64,000 nt of DNA from Neoechinorhynchus agilis. Its lineage: Eukaryota > Animalia > Acanthocephala. Location of the stretch: the NCBI GenBank assembly GCA_051530055.1, contig CM121341.1:16532784-16596783 (forward strand). Reading direction: 5' to 3'. Position numbers and translations under genes: made by a program. The notes beneath the pieces were generated by a model. The model worked only from the letters and a program-made list of their open reading frames with translations, did no database searches and was not told the origin of the DNA. Numbering within the stretch: the first letter of the stretch is position 1; every line of letters begins with the position of its first letter. Below are positions 25,950 through 39,362 of this stretch, one piece after another.

Positions 25950-27251
25950 ATGCCTCTCTTTGATCGCGACAACAAGAAATCCAAAGACAAGGACGCCCGA
26001 GAAGAGATGAAGGTAATCATTGATAAGGCCGAAGAGGAGCGAAAGGAGATTCGAAAGCTGAACACACAGTTGGAAGAATATTTGAAACACGTTCGTGAGT
26101 TAGATTTGACTAATCAGAAACTGAACGACGAAATCGAAAAGCTTAAAGAGCAATGGGGATTTGATGAAGGTCATGAAAAGGAAAACCATGATGCCGGACT
26201 TAATGATTTGAGAAAGAAGATTGACGTAATTAGTGGAGAGAAAATGCAGTATGAACTCAAAGCCAGACGAGCACAATATGACATTTATTCCTACACTAAA
26301 GGACTAAATTTACTTGAGATAAATAGTACAAATGAAGAGGGAAAAATATTGGAGTTGCAGGCGTTGAACGACGCTCTCGAAGTGGAGTTGGATACTTTGA
26401 ATTTTCGTTTAGAGAACGCGACATCCAATCCCACGGAAAACGAAGATGAGATAAAGAAGTTGATGGAGCGGCTGGAATACATGAAGAACAATTATGATAA
26501 TGAGTCACTGCAGAGAGTTCAATTACAGAATGAGCTGCAGACTTTAGAGGAGAAGATTGGATTTATGAATGCAATCTACGAAGAGCGAACAAATGATATG
26601 AAGAAAATTACTTCGGTTCAGATTGATACGACTGGATTCTACAAAAAAGAACTACAGAAAGCCATTTATGACATCCGAGAAGACTTTAACAAATTGAGAG
26701 CCATTCAAAAGAACGATCTAAAAGCCTTTTATAAGTAAGCATCTTTTATGGCCACTTTTTAAACATAATACCCATGAATTCTTAGAGCAAAGATTGAAGA
26801 AATAACCCAAGCTGTTAAGGAGAAAGAGCGTAAAGATAAAGAACATGAGAAACCGGAGCAGGAAGTAACGGATCTAACTGAAACTAAGAATGCGCTGGCA
26901 AGCATGAATCGAGATCGCGATGGACTAATGCACGAGATGGCTCGCAAGGAAGCCGAATATCAAAGTCTTTTGGTAAAAGCCGAAGAACAGGCAAGAATGC
27001 TGGAGGCATCTGAAGCGGATCAACTATCGGAGATTGAATACACGAAAGCGAAAATCAGAGATTTGGAAATGGCGATTGCTGCGATACTCGAAGGCAACGT
27101 CAGTCTTGAGTTCGAAATCAGTACTTATCGTACTTTGTTAAAAATGGAAAAGGATCGCTTGGATTCACCCGATAGAGGCGTCAAGACTATCAGTAAGTCG
27201 AGTACGAAGCCAAAAAATAAAGCCAAGCAGATTCTCAAGAAGCTTTTCTAA
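25950..27251 (+). CDS. Cytoplasmic intermediate filament protein (416 aa, long rod, no lamin tail); intron 26735-26785
   Basis: Coil 1A ERKEIRKLNTQLEEYLKHVRELDLTNQKL and coil 2 end LEFEISTYRTLLKMEKDRL. A 51-bp phase-2 intron joins the two ORFs. Confidence 0.88.
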
Positions 27252-27614
27252 AGATAAACTGATTTACAGCTCTAAATAAACGAGCATTCATATCATAACA
27301 CGTGTAAGCGGGTTCTATTCGATTCACTTTTAACGACTTTATGTTACTGTATCTTTAAGATGGGCGGGTCAGGTGCACTTATTTCTACAACCGAAATTTC
27401 TAGTGAAGTTTCTATTCAACAATGAGCCAAGGATTACCGTATTAAAGAAAACAGTTCTTTTAACCGAAATCTCCATGTTTTATAGTATATATTAATCTAG
27501 AGTGAGTACAGGTTACTCCGTAAGTCAAAATTAAAGATAAATAAAATCGAAGATATGTGGTGCCAGTGTAGTTGATTAAATTTGTTGTTTTGGTCTTCGC
27601 CCCATAGAAAACGT

Positions 27615-27705
27615 TTTATTAAAGATGTTTCAAGTGCGAATAAAACACCTAAACAAACTGGTGATCGACTCAACGAGATTCGAAACGTCGTTGATAGAAC
27701 GTTCT
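27615..27705 (+). ncRNA. Degenerate hammerhead-like motif (27655-27692) with an inverted partial copy upstream (27615-27631)
   Basis: AAA-CUGGUGA-U..GAAA-CGU-C aligns without gaps to the 28275 copy. 27615-27631 is the reverse complement GAAACATCTTTAATAAA. Confidence 0.55.
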
Positions 27706-28224
27706 TTACCTGGCGAAGCCCAAAACCAGAAATTTAATAAATAGAACCACAATTCTCTATGATGCAAACAAGTAAATTCAATCGCATGCAAGCAGCATTC
27801 TATTTGAAGACGAAAAAAGTAAACATTTAAATATATTGTACGTTGGCGAATCCTATCCCCGGTGTCGTACAATCAAATTCACCCCGAGGACAATGATATA
27901 TGACATTTAAATATATAATACGATTGCGAACGGAACTAAATTGCGATCAATTTGTCCCAATACAATTGAACTATTTTCTCACTTATGAATTACATAAAGA
28001 TTTACGTTGATGGGACACGTTGCATTGCTTAAAATTTCATAATTAATTAAGTTTAAAGACCTCAGACAACTTAAAATACGAGTATAAATTGCATCGTATG
28101 GATAGGCGGCTTAAGGATCAAACACTCAATATATCACCAAAAGTATTAGAGACATTTGAAGGTCTAGCAACAAAATGTTACTACTGCAGTATCAGATACG
28201 TTTAGCTAAACAATACTAACCGGA

Positions 28225-28390
28225 ACGTTTCGAACCTCGTCGGATTGTGAGTCACACATTTAAAACCTACAAGCAAACTGATGATGAATCCGACGAGGTT
28301 CGAAGCGTCTTTAATAAATAATCATTTACCGAGTGTAGAGCTAAACAATAATTCCAATCACATTCCCGGTACCTCACATATCGACATTTT
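28225..28390 (+). ncRNA. Hammerhead-like motif (28275-28312, A15.1G) plus 3' tail, with an inverted 22-bp partial copy at 28225-28246
   Basis: AAA-CUGAUGA-U-GAAUC(CGACGA)GGUUC-GAAG-CGU-C-UUU-AATAAA. The tail matches 63565-63645 (minus) and a fragment at ~57565-57590. Confidence 0.75.
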
Positions 28391-28745
28391 TATACTAGCC
28401 GAGAGTTCGAATCCAACTGTTAAGCCATGTCGGTACAAAACACATTTAAGGTTAAAATGTCGCAGCCGCGACAAATATGCAGAAACTGTTTGGGCATGAA
28501 CCATAACGAAAATAAAAAACTCTGATTAGTCATGTATTTCCAGGTAGCCTTCGAACCAATCGCCGCAATGTTTAGATAAACACTTGATCCTTGTTTTGTC
28601 TTATGTGTTTCCATGACTACTGTAAACATTCTCGATTTACAACATTGGTAAAAGCTCGCTAACACGACACAACACACAAAATCGGTTTCTAGTAGCCACA
28701 TCATAAACATACAAAACTCTTGGCTGTTCAGGCATTCATTTAAAA

Positions 28746-29938
28746 ATGCAAAGCAACCGAGACTCAGGCGCTGGTGACGATGAGCGCATTGGTGATTACC
28801 CGTTTCTGTGGCACAAATGTATTCTTCCCAAAGACAACACGCTTACTTATAAAGAACTCATGGTCCAAGTCGGATACGAAGTTGGCGATGTCATTGCAAA
28901 AGGATCGTTTTCTAAACTTAGGTAGAGATTCGGATCCGATTATTGGATTTTTACTCTTTTAAAACCTTATAGACTAACTCGCCGAACTAAAGATAATCTT
29001 CTTCAAGTTGCAAAAACAATCGATGCAAGTGAATCAGAACAGCATCGGACGTATAGCCGGTTTCTTCGAAGAGAAGTCGAAATCCAGTCTCAAATGGACC
29101 ATCCGAACATTGCAAAGGTAAATTTACTCATTTGCTTCGAATTAAAATTATTCGTTAAAGATCTACAACGTGTTCGAATTCGGTACTAAGATATTTATCG
29201 TGATGGATTACGTGTCCGGTGGAGATCTTATGGATTATATAGAAGTAATCCAAAGAAAAAATGTAACTTTTTCAACTCACTAATTTCAGGTTCATAGCCA
29301 CTTGAATGAACAAATAGTCAAGAATTTGTTCAAGCAACTGGCTTCAGCTTTAAAATATTGTCACGACAAATGCATTGCGCATCGGGATATCAAATGTGAC
29401 AATATTTTGATCGATGACGATGGGATCCATATAAAATTGGCTGATTTTGGATTTGCGAGATATTGCTGTACGTATCGATTATTAAGATTTCGCCGACTGG
29501 TAACATCTCAAATGTGACTCGCATTCTTGTTTAGACGAAGGAAATGAAATTCATAAACGGTGTCTCAGTTGTACCTTTTGCGGTTCACTACCTTACAGCG
29601 CACCTGAGATAGCACAAAGAATATCATATGATCCAATAAAGTCAGACATTTGGAGTTTAGGCGTTGTGCTTTTTATTATGGTCAGTCTTCTCCGAAAAAT
29701 AATCCTAACTCTTCGATTCTATGTCAAGATCAATAAAACCTTCCCATTCTACGACCGGGATTTCGATGTTATGTTAAATAAGATCAAGACAGGACAATAT
29801 AGGCACAATGATAGAGTAAGGACAATTTCGGATCTTGTGAAGGATTTGGTTGCGGCACTACTAAAAGTATGTCCTGAGGAACGATTTAATGTCGATCAGG
29901 TCATAGATCATCCGTGGATGTCTATTATTGACCAGTGA
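28746..29938 (+). CDS. TSSK: Testis-specific serine kinase-like Ser/Thr kinase, six exons
   Basis: [61 protein letters not shown]. Short GT-AG introns at ~28922, 29119, 29245, 29469 and 29681. Confidence 0.85.
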
Positions 29939-31022
29939 GTAATCACAAATAACTAATTGCGGGAATAAAAGCATTTGTTCGATTAATGTGCGATTTGCGG
30001 ATATTTCAGTGGAAATGCGAAACGTTTCAAAAGTTTCATGCCGGCTAAAAGGTGGCTAATGACTTTAGAACTTTAAAAAGCTGATTTGCACAAATATTAA
30101 GAAATATATCTCTTTCAACCAACTCTTTAAATTAAATTGTTTAGAAAATTGTTTACCATTACATAAACATTGGATAATAAGCTCGGTGAACATTTATTGA
30201 AATTATTTACTTCGTCACCTTTCTTTAGTACCTCTCTAAAAAGAGTTCAAAAAGTTGAATTGAACAGGCTTACGTCCACGAATTAAATGGATTTTTTAAG
30301 ATTAAAGTAAACTTCGTAAATGTGCGTGCTTCTAAGTAGCTACATTTTTCTTTGCTGTGAATTTAAGTATAGAAGGAGAAAATCAAGTTTTAATAAAGAG
30401 AATTTAGAATTTTAAGATCAGAAAACAGTGTTCGAAAAGTGAATACGTAGACTTGAACACTTAAATAAATCGAATCAAGTTTAAAAATATTCAAATCCGA
30501 CGATTCGATCAAAATCAAAAATAAAAAAGAAAACGAAATATTTCGGTCAAGAAATAAAAGCGAAGAACGAAGAACTCTTGAAAAATATTGGCACTGAAAA
30601 CATGTTAGTCAAATCGTTGACAGACAAAGACAATATGCGACTAACGAATATCGATAAAGATGCTTAGGAATATAAACAATAATTAATACTTTAGGAGCAC
30701 AATTAGGTGGCGAGAATTTTGTGGTGATCATAATCCTCGATAGAAAATATTTTATTGAATTAATCTTCAGGCTCCCCACCATCAAACAATGACTGATGAA
30801 GCGAAACTTCCTCGTAAAATATTTAAATTCAATAAAATATTTCCTAGCCTGGATCATGATGTTTATTTACTGCAATGTGTTCTCGATTTCAATGTGATCG
30901 GAAAGAAATCAAACCAGTGACGTCGCGACAAGGAGTACCGAACGGGATTTGAAATAGCGTTGATTGGAACATTTAGCGCGATTTTAATTTTAAAGGAATA
31001 ATATCCCTTCTGGTTCTAGACA

Positions 31023-31805
31023 ATGATCAGCTCACCGCCTGAAATATCATCAAAATCAAATCCTCCTACGATTCCAGTGATCAATCACGAAGCCTCGTCC
31101 GAGAATTCCATTGGAGCACCTTCGGTTATCTTCATAAAAGACGTAAAATCATTTATGGAAGATGGTGGTAAGGACACTAATCAAGTATTGTCACAGTGAG
31201 TATTGAATTTTGCTTGTTTATGGCCTAAAAATTAAAAGAATTTATTAATTGCGATATTTCGGCACAATCTTGTGCCTTTATCAAGCTTGTTTGCAACTGT
31301 CTACGACTTCGAACACTTTATACTTTTAGATTCGCAATGACACTTCAAAAGTATTCGATAATGATTCAGAATCTAAAGAACAGAGTTTCTAACTACGAAG
31401 AACAAATTCCTGAGATGGAAAGTTCACTCGAAATTGTTAAACTGGCCAAAGTAAACAAGTCTGAAGGAAGAAAAATGGACGTGTTTGTAAATCTGACGGA
31501 CGATGTTTCAGTGAAAGGGATTGTTCCGGCTACTGACAAGGTTTGACCTTTTTATTCTTCTTTTTTCGCTCATCGAATCTCGTAAGGTTTTACTGTGGCT
31601 CGGCGCGAATGTATTAGCTGAGTATTCTCTTGACGAAGCCGAGACTTTTCTTAATAAAAGCATCTCGGATCTTAAGAATGCTGCCGAAGTTTGCTCAAAC
31701 GACATCGAATTTCTTCAAAAACAAATCACAGTAATTGAAGTGAATACCTCACGAGTCTACAATTATGGAGTCTGCAAACGAAAAGAAAATCAGCAACCAA
31801 AATGA
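31023..31805 (+). CDS. VBP1: Prefoldin subunit 3; intron 1 31196-31329, intron 2 starting ~31543
   Basis: VIFIKDVKSFM..QKYSIM..QIPEMESSLEIV..VPATDKVLLWLGANVLAEYSLDEA..QITVIEVNTSRVYNY. Confidence 0.92.
31251..31286 (-). ncRNA. Intronic antisense hammerhead-like motif (U3:A8 variant)
   Basis: Reverse complement reads GC-UUGAUAA-A-GGCAC(AAGAUU)GUGCC-GAAA-UAU-C-GC-AATT-AATAAA; same family as 47603-47642. Confidence 0.65.
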
Positions 31806-32188
31806 GATGCGTGCTTTAATTCACTGCTCGTTGAATGCTGTTCTTAGATTTTTTAAGTTCAAACATCGAAACGTTTTTCTTCGTTCGGAGAGCCTAAACG
31901 ATTCTGTTTGTAGATCGGCACTCTGAAGTGGATACTTTGTGCCATTTTGTTTGGCAAAATTTGCAGTCGTACAAATAATAACATGTTTATTTGTTAATTT
32001 GATAATTAACAAAGAAAATGACTCATGTTTCCTTGGGTCCTCCCATTACGCAGCCCTAAGAAACATTTTAATTTTGAACATGCGCAATTGTAATTTATCC
32101 AACAATTGTTCATAGTTAAAATCTTGCTCGTTTTCCCATTTTTGTCAAGTTTAAAATTTCGACTTGGCTGCTCCTTCGTCTGTTTAAG

Positions 32189-35100
32189 ATGAACTCAAAT
32201 AACCAAGGCTTCGTTGGAAACCGACGCTCATCCACTGATATCTGTTTTAATGAAGCGTTCACTAGCCTAATGGCTTCACAATCAGCCAAAGAAATAATCC
32301 CAAATGCTCTAAAGATTATGCAATCACCCGACTGCAATCAACCAAGACTTTCTCACATATTGAGCAAACTTGAACGTCTGGAGGATTCTGCTGACCGGGA
32401 GTTTATTGACAATGCTGAGCAGATCTGTAAATTTCTTGCAGAAAGACAATATCAATCAAAAGACGCTGTATTTCAACGCATCTTTCAAATCATTGTCGGT
32501 TCTTGTCTTAGACTAAATGAATATCCGCTCGAGATTTTGAGGTTTTACGTCAATGATGCTTGTCATTTACGTTCGTGGATCAATAAAGATGACATTGATC
32601 TTAATATTGATGGCTTAAGATCATTCTGTGAAAACGTAAGAGAGAAACTCATTTCAGCGGACGATATTATTAGTGTAAATGCATTGTTCTCAGAATTGGA
32701 GCAATATATTAGTCATAGGCCTTTTCAAAAGAACACAATTTCATTCCTCTCAGAAGTCTGCTCATTGAATCGCATAATGAGACTATACGTTCTTCGAGAT
32801 ATCGAAGCTCTAATTTGCAATTTGAACGCTGACAACGCTCAAGTTATATGCTCCATTATTCGAGGTCTTCCATCTGATTCGGATTCTGAACAACGTGATC
32901 AAATCCGAACTATTTTAGACTCGTGCCAGTATATGAACGTGAAGTCTCAGGAAGTCGCGGACGTCTTTTATAAGGCCTTTGACGACATCAAGGTTACTCG
33001 ATCATTTTTAATATTGACAAAGTCATGTCTCGGTCGATTTATTGAACAATCAGAGACATGTGTTGGCGACGGATTGAAATTCTTTTTAAAAAGTCTACAT
33101 TCCGCCAACAGGGAAATTGTGAATTATGAAATTGGAAGAGCTATACAAAAGATTATTTTACAACGGAGTATAACTTATTCCGAAATAAGAACGGCTTACA
33201 GGAATCTTACCAGTCTTTTAAAGTCAGTGATTGCGCAGGTTCACCGGTGGGTTTAGTGATGTTTTAATAGAATGCCTTTTAGTAGGTATCTAACACCACT
33301 TTAAAATTTCTTTGCAAATAAGCTTAAATTGCGGTTTAAATTTTGAGAGAGTATCTACGCTCAATAGTGAGGCTTTCATTAAAGCTCTGTGAATCAGACT
33401 ATTGTTTTCAGAATGAACCTATCTTTCTCTCGAAATTTATTCAGTCTTTAAACATCTAGAATTTTCGATTTGTTTCCTTTTTGGCTTAAAATTATTAACG
33501 CATGAGCAGCACACACTACTGACTTCTAACAGAAAAGATGAGCCAAGATCAGCTTAATTGCAATCTTACGATCAATGGTCTATTTAGCGGACCGGCTGCA
33601 TCTTGGCGTGATGCAATGAATCGTCGAGTAGACCGTTTCGAAGAGATCGTTGGGTCTCTGATGGATATTGCGCTCTATACAATTCTAGTAGATTGCTATA
33701 GATCGGTACGACCAAATATGATTAAAGTTACAGAGGAACCAGCTCCGTTATCTTCGTTCCGACATCGATTAAATGAAGGTCAAAGTCGTTGTATGACTTT
33801 TCTTAACGAAACCGTTCCTGTCATTTACACTGGCAATCCACTCTCAAAATGCCAACCATTTGATCTTGTTAAATACATTCAAATGGTTATATTTTCTGAT
33901 AACTCAACATTAACGTATGCAGATGAATGGATCACTGAGGACGTGAAGAAGACGATGTTTGAGATGATTGGTAAACTACAATTAACTGATACTTTACTTG
34001 CTGGGCTTGTTGAGATTGCGCTTAGAAACGAATGTATTGCGATAGGATTGGTAGAATGTGTCCAATTAGTAGCCAACATCACATATCGATTCGCATCTAA
34101 TTCTAATTTCCGATCATTTGACGTTCAAACAAAAGAAATGAGAAAACGATTAAGTGAACGTTTTGCTGATCTATTAGTCAAAATACAAGACCCGAATCTC
34201 TCACATTCAGTTAAGGTGATAATTGTCGCTCTGATATCAATATCTAATAATGGAAATGACTTTAAAAGACGTCTTCTTTCAAAATGTGAAGATATTCTCT
34301 CGATTATTGATTTCGCTTTAATTGGAGACTGTTCTTTACTTGAACCGTATTTCCAAGCTTACGGCAAATCGCTGTCCTGCTCTGATAGGATCGCTATTGT
34401 AAATGAAATCGCAATGCTTATAGAGCAATGTGACTTGACCAAGGGTATAAGTAAGTCCAAAGATCCGGATTTCGTAGGCGATATTATAACGAAGTGTACA
34501 AAGAAGGAGGGACGCTCGTTATGAGCCATGGCGTAGAAATTGAAAAAATGTAAATTAACAAAGAAGTTGTCTTAGACAATGCAGTGAAAACCAAGATCTT
34601 TACTTTTAAATATTTGTAATTTGAAAATATGATGTATAACATGGAATCTATTCGTCGGTCCAATCAGCTTATTTTATCTAATCGAAATTGTACCATAAGG
34701 TATAACTTATTTATTCAGTCAAAACATTAATCTCCTTTGAGAGTCCTCTTATTTCCTAAAATACACAAATTTTAATCCATATTGCAGTCTTTTAGAAATA
34801 TTAGATATTCGATCGCGCAAATGCAAGTGAGGTTTTTCTATCCTCGATGTACTTGGATGTTTTTCGAACATTTTAGGCTCGCGAACTAAACTGAATTTCA
34901 AATTCGTGTTGATTTCCGAATGAAGTCATTTTACGTTTGACTTTTATTACGAACATCCCTTCTAAACAGAATCAGCATTAATGATTTCATTATCGCCGTT
35001 AACCAAATACATTTCGAATTTCTCCATTTCATCTTTACTGAAATTTTCACTAGTCATGGACCCAAATGAACTGAGTGACATTGATCGTCACAAACATGAA

Positions 35101-36121
35101 CGAGCAGTAGCGAGTCACATACCCAATCACACTACAACAAAAGATGAACTACTCCAACTTGGTCTTGAAATAAGCTCTCTTCTCTTCTCAAACAACTATG
35201 ATCTCAAATATGCCGCCATTCAGTTCCTGCACTCATTCGGAACGCCAATATTGTTTATTCAACTGGTTTTGGATTTAAAGGATGGAGAAGTTTACACCAT
35301 AGCCGGTCATCTTCTTGCTTTTTTAAAATCACAATCAACACTTCGTTCACGGGAGGTGAGATCTGTACGAATTCCAACTGGAAAAATACTCCCTTCTCGA
35401 CTTCTGGAATACACCGAGTACTACGAATTAATTTGCGTACTTCGAGATCTTCTTAGAGGTGATGATCTTCAAGCAAAAGGACGAAAGATCGATAAACAGA
35501 GTTGCAAGTGTCTTCTGAAAAACGTAGTTGGGTTCATCACTCTTAGTCAAAGTGGTCGGTATTTTATTTCAAAAGTATTTAGTGCAGGGATGAAGTTAAC
35601 GAAGCAAGCATCTTTCGATTTGTTTCGTGAACTCTTTGAAGACCTTTGCGACATGGGCATCCAACATGACTATACGGCAGTTGCTGTCTTGACTGGCGAT
35701 GTTGATGAGTGCAACAATGATTTAGACAAATGAAGTGGTGGTTGTTTCTTAGGACAAACACCACACTCGTTTAATAGATAGTGAAATTCTGATGGAAATG
35801 AGCAACTGCTGGATGCACTCTTCAAAAATGTGTCGTAAAATCCTTCCTTCAATTTTGAACAGCTCAGGCTCAGCACTCGGTCTCGTAAAAAATTCGTTTG
35901 GTAATGCCAAGTTCGCAGAAATAATCTATGAATCGTTCAGCAAACGAGTAGTCACTTTGAGCAATGAAAGTATTGAAAATACGGATCTTCTTTTGGATGC
36001 GTTGTTTGTAGCGACAAGACATGCTGATTCAGGAGTCAAATATGCCAGCGATATGGTGGAGCTCTTAAGGAATATTGTGGATGAACGTAGGGAAAATCAG
36101 CGAATGGAGGTTGATTACTAA
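32189..36121 (+). CDS. Uncharacterised large alpha-helical protein, probably one four-exon gene (~1,200 aa)
   Basis: Four long ORFs. A GTAAGT donor at 34451 and CACTAG acceptor at 35053 join in phase 1; a 52-bp intron 35701-35752 joins in phase 0. The exon 1-2 junction is unresolved. No family recognised. Confidence 0.55.
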
Positions 36122-36589
36122 AAACCTTTTTATAAATCTGAGTGTTACAGTTTTAAATTTAACAAAAAAATAGCCACTATTTTGCATACTTTTCGTTAGC
36201 GGCTAATTGCGATTTGTATTTACGTCTTTCGCTATGTTGGCTAAAAACGACAATCAAAATGATAAGAGATTTTCTCCGATAAGATTCAACCTGTTTATTC
36301 CCGAGTATATGTTAAGTTTCGAGTGTCCCGATATTGAAGCGTCCATCGAGAAAGGAGAACTTTTTGATTAACCCATCGACTGCCAAATTTGTTTTTGTGG
36401 AGAAGTTGTTCATTTATATGTGTTTTTGGTGATAAGAAAAATAGAGACTGATTTATTGATCTCAATATTTCGCCTGTCTCGTCGGACTTCTTCAAGTCTG
36501 AAAGGTTGAGGTAGGTCACGGTGGCTTCATCTTGAGTTTTAGCCTATAATTCGCCTTATTTGACTGGAATGTATCTCTAAATCAAAGTT

Positions 36590-37050
36590 CCGGCATTTTA
36601 TTCGATTAGTGGCTTCGTCCGGGATAAGTTTAGTTGTTCGAAGATCGCTTCGAATGGTATCGAGCCAGCGTTGTTTTGGTTGACCTCGGGCTCACTTGTC
36701 TTTCATCTCGATTTCCAGCTTAGCCCTCTCTAGGGCACCCTCGCTCGAGCGCATCACATGACCATACAGCCGAGGCGGCTTTCTCTGAGCTTGTCGACGA
36801 TCGGCGCAACATCACAACGAAGTCTGATGTCGTCATTTCGGACATGATCCAGGCGAGTGTGTCCACTAGTCCAACGTAACATATTCGATTCCATGCTGGC
36901 TAATCTTTTTTAGCGGCCTTCGTAATGGGCCAACATTCGGAGCCGTACAGCTTACTTTTACTGCCAGTCTATGTTATTCATACCTGGATCTCTGTTTTTT
37001 CAAGAAAACCTGCCCCGTTAAAGCTGCCGTTGTTTCACAATCGTCTATAT
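36590..37050 (-). mobile_element. RTE-clade LINE 3' fragment
   Basis: LYGSECWPIT..MESNMLRWTSGHTRLDHVRNDDIR..KLRESRL..GHVMR..GQPKQRWLDTI. Confidence 0.85.
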
Positions 37051-37159
37051 TTCCGCCTTCCGGGACACGATCTGATCGCATTTAGCTTTGGCAGAAATGT
37101 GCTCCTCCGCCGAAAGTTCAAATTATCTGTTCTCAACATACAGCTTCCTCGCTTAAAGA

Positions 37160-38240
37160 AATGAATAACTTTTTATCCGCTAGCAGTATGCCATTTTTTG
37201 CCTTAGCTCATCGTTCGACCCCTGGGTCTCAAAAACCTAAACTTTTATCACTGTATGGGAAGGAGCTCCACGCTTCAAAAACTCTGCGCGACAAGGTATC
37301 GGTTAAGTTCTGGGAATCGCTATATTGCCTTGTAGAACCCGTTTTCAATTAAGCCCGCGTAGCGAACCGCCGCAGGTTTATGGATCAAAAAGTTTGGGTT
37401 CCCATACATTTTATTCCTCTATTAGCTATGAGATTTGACCTAAAACTTAACGATATCGCTAAGTGCTGACCGTCCAAAAACTTATTCTCTAGTAACAGCC
37501 TTAGCTAACCCTTCAAAGCTAACTATCTGGTTCAGCGTATGATTTAGTCTTCTCTCGAACATTGGACCGAGATCAACATGTCTAAGCGGATTTTCCTTAT
37601 AAAGAATAAACGTAAATCTATAGTCTCACCGAACGATGTCAGGCCTTCATCCATAACTCCCTGGTGTCAATTTATGAGCGAATTCTATCACGCTTTAGTA
37701 TAAAATTTTGCCTGGAGCACAACTATATAGACCCTCAATAACATTCTGAAATCTAAATTTTTCTTTTTTTTTTCAAGATGATCCCTCCCACGCTTTTTAT
37801 TTCTAAACGAGGGGTCTCCCCCAGGGATAGCCTTTATCTTCAATTTTATTCTATTTTGCGTTTAAATACACTGTTCAGAACTGTACGGTCTGCCCTTTAC
37901 TTACACTTTAAGCCGTTCTAAAGTCTGAGTCTGTTATAGGTAAACGCAAAATCATAGAATCCTTTATGTAGTTTTGCAATTCTAATACTCCACTATCGTA
38001 CAATAAAATAAACATTTTGTGATATACTTTTACGTCTAATTTATCATGTACAAGTGATGTTAGTAAACTTAAAAAGCTTTTAAAGGTTGCCCGTGTCAAG
38101 GCTAAACGTGCATTTAGCCTTGACATCGGTCTCAAAGCGACAAAAACTATCTGGAATGCTTGGGATATCTCTGGCTCAGTGTTCTGCTACAGAGGTAGAC
38201 CGTCAGGACAACGCCTGAGATTATAAAATTCTAAAATCAT
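37160..38240 (-). mobile_element. Highly degraded CR1-like LINE fragment
   Basis: SRRVFEAWSSFP resembles the CR1 3' motif FS.RVV..WN.LP; there is weak RT-like sequence at 37908-38135. Confidence 0.4.
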
Positions 38241-38606
38241 TGGAATCTACCTCAAAAACTAGCAGCGAGTGTAACCTGCCGTTTGTAGCGAATATTTACC
38301 GTGACAATTTCTTTGTCCGCCCGAAATGAAGGATATAATCAAACTTAAATTGTTGATGTTATCATTTTGGTGATTATGGCAAAAAAACGACGTGTAGGCG
38401 TTCACCGTGCCGATTTTATTTTAATAACTTGTTGTTTATAATCAATACTTCAGGAATTAATAACTTATCTTTATGCTTAAAAGCCATTTAACAGTAAAGT
38501 AAATCGCTCTCAGCAGATTTCCCAGCAAACAAATGTGAGAATTGCGCAAAGACAACCTTTACATTTATTTATCTAGCATCCTTCTAAAAATTTCGAAGCT
38601 TTAGAC

Positions 38607-39362
38607 CAGTGGTTCCAAAACTTTTTTGACCTAGAGGTCCTTTTCAGGTGAAAACTTTGCCACGGCCCCCAGGTGGAAAATCCACTAAACGCATAAGTGA
38701 AAACTTTCTTTAAAACAAAATGCAAATGTAATCACTTGGATGAACTTTATGGGATCTGAGTATGTCACCCAACCAAAAGGTTTCAAACCCCAATTTTTAA
38801 TATCCAAGTCGTTCAGATCTGCATTAAGAGCCGTTAAGTGTTGAATAAGTAAATCTTCATCTCTATTTTGAAATGTCGAAAGATTTGGAAACTGAGAACA
38901 TTCTCCTTTTCTTACGTTTTCTTTGAACAGAAAAGGTTTTGCGAAAAACGAAGAAACTACGCTTTCAGTTTTGATCAAATTTAATTGATTACCCCGAAGT
39001 TTAAAATTAGTTTCGTTAAAATTTGCAAATAAATTGGTCACAGAGGCCATGTAATTTTTTTGAACTAATTAAATTGCGTCGTAAATAATTGTCTTTGTTT
39101 TCTAGGAATTCCGACACTACTTTGTGAAATACATACAAACAGAATTTTAATCAGGACCTAAACATATCTACCTACAAATTTATTTATTTTTAGTTGTAAA
39201 TAATAATAAATATTGATTACGATTTTCTTATTTTATATTAAACATAGGACGGACCCTCTGATGTTGTTCAGGGACTAAAAAAATCAATTTTAATAATCCA
39301 AGGAAGCCGTGGCGATGCCAGCGAACCCTGAAGTTTGTACGGAACACTTTTTAGAACAACTG
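38607..39362 (-). mobile_element. Internally deleted hAT (Buster/Charlie-like) DNA transposon
   Basis: TIRs CAGTGGTTCCAAAA and reverse-complement CAGTTGTTCTAAAA; 8-bp TSD CTTTAGAC/CATTAGAC. ORF 38685-39050 (NLFANFNETNFKLRGNQLNLIK..SQFPNL..HLTALNAD) resembles Buster transposase. Confidence 0.85.

Noticed and set aside
28392-28420. tRNA-like TAGCCGAG and GTTCGAATCC boxes
   Set aside because: The boxes are adjacent with no D or anticodon arms, and the T-stem does not pair.
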